Shown piece by piece: positions 13,201-22,200 of a DNA stretch of 64,000 nucleotides. The position numbers and the translations under genes are program-made. The notes beneath the pieces are model-generated. The model searched no databases. It worked only from the letters and a program-made list of their open reading frames with translations, and was not told the DNA's origin. Source of the DNA: Eledone cirrhosa (taxonomy: Eukaryota); the NCBI GenBank assembly GCA_964016885.1, contig OZ024749.1, positions 53,940,001-54,004,000 of the forward strand. The letters are read 5' to 3'. Numbering within the stretch: the stretch's first letter is position 1; each line of letters starts with the position of its first letter.

Positions 13201-15203
13201 CAAGGATACCAGAAGTCTCCACTGCTATGTGGTGCCGATGGTGGTGAGTAGGGAGGTGGTCCTAGGCCCAAGGACACCTGACGTCTTTGCTATATTTCAG
13301 TTATAACATCAAACCAAAACATATTTCTAGTATTAGTATATGATGAGTTGTCCAGCTTGAATGGCTTTAAAACCTTTTATTGAAGAACTTACAAGGGAGA
13401 TAATTGTCTCTAGTCTAAGAAGTCTGAAATTATCTCAGACTGTAAAGTAATAGTTTAGTGTGTTCATGTGGGAAAGTAGCAGTTGCCCCAAAATATAAGT
13501 GCCCTTTACGACTCCCTCAGTAGTTATGGGACCATACCATACCACCATAGGTGAAGGCGCATGGCTTAGAGGTTAGAGCATTGGGCTTGCAATCGAAAGG
13601 TTGTGAGTTTAATTCTTGGACCGGGTGATGTGTTGTTTTCTTGAGCAAGACACTTTATTTCATGTTGCTCCAGTTTACTCAGCTGTAGAAATAAGATCAT
13701 TAAATCACCCAAGACACCTCCAACGAGATATACCTTGGAGGAGGCCAGCTAAACCTGCATAGGTGTGAGCTGTCACACACACCATACCATACCGCCATAC
13801 CATACCACCATACCATACCACCATACCATACCACCATACCATACCACCATACCATACCATCATACCATACCATCATACCATACCATACCATCATACCATA
13901 CCATACCATCATACTATACCACCATACCGCCATACCATACCAGTCTAATTTTACACTATAAACAGAAGTGAGAGCTTCTTATGTCCCACTTTCCTATAAT
14001 ATTTACAATATAATTAACTCAGGTCATAAAGCATGGCTTGGATGCTGCAGGCTTCCCTTCCCAGCTCGAGCCGGTGAGGCTGGACCGAGGGGACGGCAAA
14101 AGGCCAGATGCCATGGCCATCTTCCCGTTCTGCAGTGGCAAACCCCTCGTCTGGGATGCCACTTGCACTGACACTTTGTGCAGCTGCCACCTGGTGCAGT
14201 CTGCGACTAACCCAGGTTCTGCTGCACGTCAGGCTGAGGAGGCCAAACTCCTTAAATACCGGTCGCTCTCCAACAGGTTTGCGGTTGTACCCTTGGCAGT
14301 GGAGACTTCTGGTATCCTCAGCCCTAGGGCTACCTCCCTATTCACCACCTTAGGCGCTGAGCTCGCCAGCCGCAGGTCTGAGCCTCGCGAGCTGGAATGG
14401 CTTTTCCAGCGCGTCTCCCTTGCCGTCCTCCGGGGAAACGCCTTCTCCATTCTGTCTGCTGGGACTGTGGGGAGACAAGTCTAAAGGTTATTTTAATTTC
14501 TCTCTCTCTAGACGAAGTATAAGAGAGAGAATAAGAACAAGAATTAACTCAATATATTCTAACATCAATAAATTTTACTGACCTTTTTTTTCTTCTTTTT
14601 GCTTTTCTTCCAAAATTTTTAAAGCCCTGTTCAAAAATTGGTCCCCTAAATACTGGCGATGCTGATGATGATGATGATGATGATGATGAAGAAGCTGAAG
14701 ACATGGAAGCATTTGAACAGAGTGGAATGCTTGAAGAACAAGATAATGTAATTATTTTACAGTTATATATTACATTTGTTGGGATTTAATGTGTGTGTAT
14801 GTATATATATATATACACGCACACACACATTCACATATATATACACACATGTATACATATACACACACATACACACTCATTCATATATATATATATATAT
14901 ACACACATACATGTATACATACACATGTACACACACACACACATTCATATATATATATATATACACACATACATGTATACATACACAAGCACACACACGC
15001 ACATATATACGTATGGATGATGAGTGTTGGGTGAAGAAGTGCCAAGAAATTTCTCAGTGGAAGGAAGCTGCAGTAGAGGTAGACCAAGGAAGACCTGGGC
15101 AGAAGTGGTGAGAGCTGACCTCAAATTACTGAGACTCACAGAAGAGATGAGCTGGAAAGGACCTGTCCAACCTATGGAAAAATATACGTAAGATCGATGA
15201 TGA

Positions 15204-15258
<55 letters not shown>

Positions 15259-18213
15259 GAGGTTATATTTAATTTGTTGGGATTCAACAAGCTTAAAAAT
15301 GTTTATAACTGATATAAAGCACTCAACAGGTTAGTGGAATAAATACACAATATATTAATAAATGGAAACTATATTTATAAAACCATATTTATTTTATTAT
15401 ACATATTTCAAGGGCAACCAAGGCAAATTATGGTGCGCTTTCATCAGATAAAATACAGATTTGTTTTATAAATGTCAATATTTATTTATAAAACAAATCT
15501 GTATTTTATTTATAAAACAAATCTGTATTTTATCTGATGAAAGCGCACCATAATTTGCCTTGGTTACCCTTGAAATATGTATAATAAAATAAATATGGTT
15601 TTATAAATATAGTTTCCATTTATTAATATATTGTATATATATATATATTGTTCTTTTCTCTCTAGGCAACAATTGAGATTCGACCCCCAGTTCCTGGTAG
15701 TGAAGGATGTGCTTCAGGTGACAATGGAGTGTTACAAACTCGTACATATGATCTTAATATTACCTATGATAAATATTACCAAACACCACGGTTGTGGCTC
15801 TATGGCTATGATGAGGTATAAATGATTTATTTCTTCTTCTTCTGGTCCAATGGACCATTGCTCCACTGGACCATTGCTCCACTGGACCATTGCTCCAATG
15901 GACTATTGCTCCTCTTGTTTCTAATAAAATACACTACATTTATATTGATGGATAATTTTGAGGGTTTTATTAACCCCTTAGCATTTACATTACTCTATAT
16001 TTTCTATTATATTTTCATAGTAAAGTTTTTACCTCATATAATTATCTAACATAATATTGAGTCTATGAGATGTTGATGTTATTTATTTTGAGAACAATAC
16101 CTTAACATCAATATGCGTGGTCACTTACAGCCAGTTCTAACAGAAAGAGGTGATAGAATTCTGGCCGAATATGGCCGGTTTAAATGCTAAAGGGTTAAGA
16201 TGAATAATTATTTCATTATTATCATAAGATGGTGATCATAAGATGGTGATTGTAAGATTGGAGCAGAGTTTGTTACCCACAAGTGGGAGCACTGCGAGGT
16301 GGAGTGGCTGTTTTGGTGTGGTTGAGACCATGTGACACACTGACCTTTAAGTTTCATTTATGGTGGTGCCAAGTGGAATAGATTTACTTACATAAGCATG
16401 AGTAGGTTGAAAAATAAAACATCTTTTAACAAAAGGTTTTTATATAAAATTATATTGGAAGATATGACTTTAAATAGGAACTCTTTAAAATGGAAAGTTT
16501 TGTTTCATAAAACCAGAAGCAGTTTGAGTTGTTATCAAAAGGGTTAAATAACAACACCAAAGCTGGGGTTATCAGTATTTTGAGATGCTTTGCTTTAAGG
16601 TAATTTCCACAAGAAAATACATAGTAATTGTTGCATTATTTGTGTTTTATTTGTATTTTGTATATCTTATTGTAGAATAGAAAACCTTTAACTGTGGAAC
16701 AAATGTATGAAGATTTTAGCCAAGATCATGCCAAAAAGACTGTTACTATGGAAGCACACCCTCACTTACCTGGACCCCCCATGGCTTCAGTTCATCCTTG
16801 CAGGTAAGAATCACAAATTGAAGTTTCTTAACTTATCAGAAATACAAGGCAAGTTGTCATGTTGTTGACACAGCTGAAGAGTCCTCTCTACACTTTGTTT
16901 GGCAGGTTTTTTATAGCTGGGGGCCCATCCTATCATCAACTTCTTTACAGAGTGTACTGGGTGTATATACTTGTTATCCTGCTACATGTCATCCTCCATA
17001 CACCCAGTATATTCCGTATTCATTAACAATCCTTCTATACTGTGCTCTATATTACACTTCTTATTCTCACTAAACTCAATAATGTTATTCTAGCTTACAT
17101 GCAAACAATTCTCTTGTAATAAATGACTGAATGTGTTAGAAATACATAAATCTTGCCTTACCCATACTAGCATGGAACAATGGATGGTAAACAGTGATGA
17201 TGATGAAAGGGCAAGGGATGACAAATTAAAAAAACAACAAAGAAATGTTTTTTCCCAGTATATTTCAGGGCCATAACTGTCTTGTCAAATGTAAAACGAA
17301 AAAGGTTAAAAAAAAGAAAATGAATGATCAGTGGGTAAAACATTACTTTGTGTTATTTGTCATCCTTTACCCTTTATACATTTCTACCACATTGTACCAG
17401 TTTTCTGAAATACTTATCAGTCATTTGTTACATATTTCACAATGTTTTGTATTAACTATACTACTTAATTCACATGTATTTCTTTCAGGCATGCAGAAGT
17501 GATGAAAAAAATAATTGAAACAGTAGCAGAAGGTGGTGGTGATCTTAATGTTCACATGTATCCTTTATTTAATAATCTTTACAGTAGCAGTGAATGTCTT
17601 ATGAAGGAACTGTTTGTTTCTACATGGTTAAACATGGATTTCTGGCCTACATAGGTTTCATGGAGTTTTCCAAGAGACAAAGGTTATTAAACAGTAGCCA
17701 GAGATGAACAGACAAATGTCTGTGTTTTAAGTACAAGAAGGATGAGGTTCTGTGTTATCATGGAGCAGAACTGAGACACTATTATCATGTAGCAGAACTG
17801 AGTTACTGTTATATAGCAGAGTTATCGTTACCATGTAGCAAAGCTGTTATCATGAAGCAGTACAATGTTATGCAGTGCACCAGAGTTAATGTTATCATGT
17901 AGCAGTTACTATTACCATGTAGCAGAGCAGAGTGACTGTTATCATGTAGCAGTCACTATTGCCATGTAGCAGAGCAGAGTGACTGTTATCATGTGGCAAA
18001 ACTGAGTTATTGTTATCATGTGGCAAAACTGAGTTATTGTTATCATGTGGCTGAGTCTGAGCCATTATGTTTATATTTTGTCCACAACATTTCTTCATTT
18101 TCGTTATCTACCTTGACTCTCACCTCACCAGGTATCTATTAATCTTTCTCAAATTTGTCCAAGCAGTAATTCCAACCATTGAGTATGACTACACACAACA
18201 CTTCACAATGTGA
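5804..18213 (+). CDS. ATG3: ATG3, ubiquitin-like-conjugating (E2-like) enzyme; spliced CDS join(5804..5875,8859..8900,9571..9691,10900..11010,11616..11671,14625..14747,15666..15815,16676..16803,17489..17557,18132..18213), 317 aa
   Basis: Hand-spliced exons with GT-AG boundaries and consistent phases sum to 954 nt. Translation [55 protein letters not shown]...GGWVDTHH...DMEAFE...[26 protein letters not shown]...[13 protein letters not shown]...[26 protein letters not shown] matches metazoan ATG3, including the catalytic HPC Cys (TGC 16799-16801). Confidence 0.98.
7128..7203. mobile_element. Tc1/mariner-type mini-MITE
   Basis: TA-CAGGGTGTCCC...GGGACACCTTG-TA; second copy at 50965-51045. Confidence 0.8.
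7485..8072. repeat. Minisatellite, 49-bp unit, about 11 copies (ATG3 intron 1)
   Basis: CATGGACTAGCTCCAACTCTACAATGGAAGGATGTCCTGT recurs at 7501, 7550, 7599... Confidence 0.95.
8859..8900 (+). CDS. ATG3: ATG3 exon 2 ([14 protein letters not shown])
   Basis: T-rich tract + GGCAG| acceptor; donor GAG|GTTAGT. Confidence 0.97.
8946..9162. mobile_element. piggyBac-like MITE
   Basis: TTAA-CCCTTTAGCATTTA...TAAATGCTAAAGGG-TTAA. Confidence 0.85.
9571..9691 (+). CDS. ATG3: ATG3 exon 3 ([17 protein letters not shown]...QFLITRN)
   Basis: TTTTTAG| acceptor; donor G|GTAAGT. Confidence 0.97.
9925..10685 (-). mobile_element. 3' end of a CR1-like LINE with internal 61-bp tandem amplification
   Basis: Minus strand reads [28 protein letters not shown]...LPEIRQHYT*, then 3' UTR and (TTA)n tail; the same 3' UTR occurs on + at about 54135-54190. 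Confidence 0.8.
10113..10665. repeat. Minisatellite, 61-bp unit, about 9 copies
   Basis: CGACAGCTAACAACTGATGCA recurs at 10141, 10202, 10263... Confidence 0.95.
10900..11010 (+). CDS. ATG3: ATG3 exon 4 (VPCYKRVKQ...[11 protein letters not shown])
   Basis: TGTAG| acceptor; donor CAG|GTAAAT; conserved VPC and GGWVDT motifs. Confidence 0.95.
11616..11671 (+). CDS. ATG3: ATG3 exon 5 ([19 protein letters not shown])
   Basis: Pyrimidine tract + TTGCAG|; donor CAG|GTAAGA; restores phase 1 to phase 0. Confidence 0.9.
12303..12625. mobile_element. piggyBac-like MITE containing a nested RTE-tailed SINE fragment
   Basis: Same TIRs and TTAA TSDs; insertion at about 12405-12555 ending in (GAT)n. Confidence 0.85.
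13551..13697 (+). mobile_element. tRNA-derived SINE (CORE/V-like central region)
   Basis: A-box TGGCTTAGAGG, decayed B-box GTTTAATTC, followed by CTTGAGCAAGACACTT; minus-strand relatives at about 3020-3125 and 33270-33360. Confidence 0.65.
13783..13941. repeat. (CCATA)n-type pentanucleotide repeat
   Basis: Visible tandem CCATA/CCACCATA. Confidence 0.9.
14022..14541 (+). mobile_element. 5'-truncated CRE-clade non-LTR retrotransposon (restriction-like endonuclease domain) in ATG3 intron 5
   Basis: ORF 14038-14484 with [42 protein letters not shown] motifs; GC-rich; flanking 10-bp direct repeat AATTAACTCA at 14012-14021 and 14542-14551. Confidence 0.88.
14625..14747 (+). CDS. ATG3: ATG3 exon 6 (acidic flexible region, ...[22 protein letters not shown])
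   Basis: Long pyrimidine tract, AAAG| acceptor; donor AAT|GTAATT; DMExF/Y ATG7/ATG12-binding motif. Confidence 0.92.
15347..15634. repeat. Near-perfect inverted repeat, 127-bp arms, each arm carrying a hammerhead-like motif
   Basis: 15347-15473 is the reverse complement of 15508-15634 with one mismatch (C15415/A15566). Confidence 0.95.
15526..15591 (+). ncRNA. Type I hammerhead ribozyme-like motif (Penelope/retrozyme type) in ATG3 intron 6
   Basis: TATTTTAT-CTGATGA-[imperfect stem II]-GAAA-TATGTA-TA-ATAAAATA; stem I 8 bp perfect. Confidence 0.6.
15666..15815 (+). CDS. ATG3: ATG3 exon 7 (ATIEIR...[26 protein letters not shown])
   Basis: TCTCTCTAG| acceptor; donor GAG|GTATAA. Confidence 0.97.
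15974..16194. mobile_element. piggyBac-like MITE (opposite orientation)
   Basis: TTAA-CCCCTTAGCATTTA...TAAATGCTAAAGGG-TTAA; a degenerate copy also at about 21535-21738. Confidence 0.85.
16676..16803 (+). CDS. ATG3: ATG3 exon 8 ([13 protein letters not shown]...SVHPC, catalytic Cys)
   Basis: TTGTAG| acceptor; donor CAG|GTAAGA. Confidence 0.97.
17489..17557 (+). CDS. ATG3: ATG3 exon 9 ([23 protein letters not shown])
   Basis: TTTCAG| acceptor; ends at U12-type donor |GTATCCTTT. Confidence 0.96.
17558..18131 (+). other. U12-type (minor spliceosome) GT-AG intron of ATG3
   Basis: 5' site GTATCCTTT; branch point TACCTTGAC at 18109-18117 (A about 15 nt from the AG); no U-rich tract before the AG. 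Confidence 0.93.
18132..18213 (+). CDS. ATG3: ATG3 exon 10, last coding exon ([27 protein letters not shown])
   Basis: CCAG| acceptor after U12 branch point; TGA at 18211-18213. Confidence 0.96.
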
Positions 18214-18251
18214 TGTCATTAAACTATTATATACATCATCAGCGTGTGTAT

Positions 18252-18284
<33 letters not shown>

Positions 18285-18672
18285 TTAGCTGTTTAAACAA
18301 CACTCAGTTCAGCCCTTATATTTTCATTTCTCCTCCACCTGCTTAACAAAACAAACCAAATGAAGCCAAGCCAAACCAAATGAAGCCAAGCCAAACCACA
18401 TGAAGCCAAGCCAAGCCAAACCAAACCAAATGAAGCCAAGCCAAGTCAAACCAAACCAACCAATAAACCAACCAACTCAACAGCAACCAGTAATTTATTT
18501 GGGGGTATTGCTGCTATCACGCTTTGCTCTGTAGTGACCAAAGAAATTCTAGAGACTAATCAGCTTGCATTCTTTGGGGTTGGTTTTGTTTCGTTCTTAA
18601 ACCACACCACAAGACACACCGCACACATATATACCACACTACACTGCACACATATACACTTCAACGTATATA

Positions 18673-18703
<31 letters not shown>

Positions 18704-18825
18704 CTACACTACATATACACACATTTTTTTGGGGGGGGGGGGGGGGCTGATTAAATACTTAATTCCTTTGCTGTTGAAAATAATGTGTTATTTTAGTCTT
18801 AAGTTTAATTAATTAAATTAAATTA

Positions 18826-18831
18826 AATAAA
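18826..18831 (+). terminator. Candidate ATG3 polyadenylation signal AATAAA
   Basis: AATAAA about 610 nt after the stop, followed by a T-rich stretch; alternatives exist at about 18462 and 19248-19287. Confidence 0.4.
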
Positions 18832-19250
18832 ATAAGTTTTTCTCTTAGTTTTCCATAATTTATAGATTAATGAAGTATCATTTGGTCATCTTAAACATGA
18901 AATACTCCCAACTATAAAAAGTTAAAGGTTTATTGTGATATTTTTACTATTAGGTCACCTACTGGTCCAGTTCTTTTATTTACAGATAGTATTTCTACAC
19001 ACACACACACACACACTCTTCCCCCCTCTCTCTCTCACACACACACACTTTCCCCCTTCCCCCCTCTCACACACACACACACACACAGTCAAATCTCTCT
19101 CTCTCTTCCCTCTTTCTCTCCTTCACCCCCCTCCCCCACATTTCTCCTACGTTCAACTGTCTCAAATATCAAGTTGGTTAGAAAATATCGCTCAATTTTC
19201 GAGCAATGTGCTTCATTCAAAGTTTGAAAAAAAAAAAAAAAAAAAAGTAA

Positions 19251-19285
<35 letters not shown>

Positions 19286-22200
19286 AAATATATTGTAATA
19301 ATCTATGCAAATATTTATTATCATCATATTGAAATATTTGTTCTAAAGAGTTTAATTTAGAAGATAGATTGTCAAAGAAAATAACAACAACAATAACTAT
19401 AACAACAACCACAAATAAAAAAACAGCGATCCAAATCAAGAAACTAAAGAGTAAAATACGAAACTAACGAAATGATAAAAATTGCACGACTTTAATTGAA
19501 TGTTAATGAAGGGAGATAACTTTTCTCCAGTTGTGTACCTCTTGTATTTCTAATTCCCCCGTTTTATTTTTTTTAATGCATTCGAAGAACAAAAATGAAT
19601 AAGCCTTACAAATTGTAAAGTTTTTTTCTGAGAACCACTCAGACATTACAAAGATCTTCGACAGACTAATAAACGCCAATTTTTTAAAAGAAATATCTTG
19701 TTTTTATCTTTCAAATGACGTCCGGAATACACACATGCATATATATATATATGTAAGCACATATATCGGCACCATCTCTGCTACTAGGATATGGAATGGT
19801 ATGGTCCTGTAACTCTTGATGGAGTCTTAGTGGCGCTGTATTGACATACATTGTGTCTTGGCCATTTTAAACCTCGTGGTGCTCATCTTCTCTCCAGGTC
19901 TGAATACAGCAGATTTCTTCCAGAGAAGGATTGAGAAAGAGATATACAGGAAGAATCGACCCCAGAACTAGACCGGTACTCTTTTTTTTTTTTATTGACC
20001 TCAAAAGGATGAAAGGCAAAATTGACCACAGCAGGATTTGAACTCAGAGAGCTGAACTGACTACTGCAAAGCATTGTATCCAATGTTTTAATAATTCTGT
20101 CAATTCACCACCTACCACAATGATATATGCCTGGACAATATAGTAGAATGCTCTCCAACATGCAGAAAAACAGACACATGCTACCTCATGGTCCTAGAAG
20201 ACTGTAGTGGAAGCATTGGAAGTGTTACCCCAGAGGATAGCAAAGGGTAACATATTGAAATAGCCATTACAACTCTCAGGCCTCACTCTTGGAGGTGGCC
20301 AGGTGACCAACTCTTCCCCCCGATAGCAGCAGTGAATAGGGAGGTGATTCAGGGATCCAGAACACCAGAATTCTTCAGTTATACATTCAACAACAACAAA
20401 CCTATTGGAAAATAGTCAATACTTCGATCTTCAGCTTGTCAGGCAACAAAACCGAAGTCAGTCTCAGAATGTGCCAGTTGGTCACCAAAGAAAGCTTCAA
20501 TGTTTCTTCCTTTAGAGTTTCTTTTGTGATATTTTAATAATTTTACTTCTATACTAATACAACCTCTTCTCCTCTCTCTGCCACCACACTGCCAATTCCT
20601 TCACCGTTGTATCTCTACATATAACCTCCCTCCCTCCCTCCCCCACCAACCCCATCATTGTATCACTATATAAAGAAGTACATTCCCTCCCCTTGCCATC
20701 TCCATCATATTGCAACATAAAGACAAACTATATGTCTGTATATATATATATATATATATAATTGTTTCTACATTTGGCACAAGGCCAGCAAATACCCAGT
20801 GTATTACTGGTACATTATTTTATCGACCCCGTAAGGATGAAAGGCAAAGTTAACCTCGGCGGGATTTGAACTCATATATATAATGATACTGAAATGAAGT
20901 CGTCGGATATGACCGAAAAACATTTGATTGCTTTCCCACTCGATGTTTTAATTAAGCTAGTATCCTTAAGGTACCAATCCAAATGAAAATAGAGTCTCAT
21001 TCATATGTTAAATAGTGAGAAGAACGATTTCGTGTGGGTAGAGAATTAGATTCTCACTTCTCGGACTAATTAATTAGTTTCCACTGCTCTATCTGCTGGT
21101 CACAGAATATTAGGTAACATTCAAATCCCGCCGAGGTTAATTTTGCCTTTCATCCTTACAGGGTCAATAAAATAAAGTACCAGTAATACACTGGGTAATT
21201 GCTGGCCTTGTGCCAATAGTAGAAACAATTATTAAACCTTATGTAATATAATAGTGAGTCTTGTTACTCTGAAGTAACCCTTTCATTTGTTGTGCTTTTG
21301 TCATCTCTGTCAACTAGTTTCAGTAATTTTGAGATCAACTTTCACCACCTCTTCCTGGATCTATCTTGGTCTTCCTATACTACAGCTACCTTCTACTCAG
21401 ATTTCTTGACACTTCTTTACCCATCAATCATGGCTGGAATGCTTTTGATCATAGCCTTACTTGAGTAGGGCTGATCTGGGGTCAAATAACTGCAACCCTT
21501 ATAAGTTAATGAGAAGTAGTGAATGTTCCTGTTACTATTTACATTATTCTGTATATACTATTGTATTTTTGTGGTAAAGGCTTTATCTCAAATAATAAGA
21601 ATCTATGAGATTTTGATATTATTTATTTTGAGAATAATACCTTAATGTCAGTGAGAGTGGCCGGTTACAGCCGGCCTGAACAGAAAGAGATGAGAGAACT
21701 CTGCCCGAATATAGCCGGTTTAAATGTTAAAGAGTTAATCTTAGTAGACACTATAAGTATCTCTTTACACACACATATTGTATAGTAATGGGAGTATAGT
21801 GTTGTGGCAGTAGTCCTGGGGTAGGTATGGATGGAACTACAACTTCTGCTGGAGTTGTAGGGGTGCTGTTGTCATGACATATGGTGGGTCTTGGAGGCAT
21901 GTTAAACCTGGAAGAGTTCATCTCTTCTGGTTTGAACACAGCTGATTTCTTCCAGTGAAGGAGAGACAGTGATCTCTCTCTCTCTGTAATGTATAATGTA
22001 TATGTGTATGTGTGTGAATTTGTATATATATGTGTGTGTATATGTATATATGTATGAGAGAGAGAATCAACACCAATACTGGACTGGTAATTTTTTTCAT
22101 TGACCTCAGCACAGAGAACTGGAATGAAGACACCAAACTATCCGATATTCTAACAACTCTGGAGAAAGAAAGGAACAAAATGGTAATAACGTTTGAAATG

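Noticed and set aside
13551-13625. tRNA gene
   Set aside because: A/B boxes are present but the B-box is decayed, there is no cloverleaf and it runs into a SINE body.
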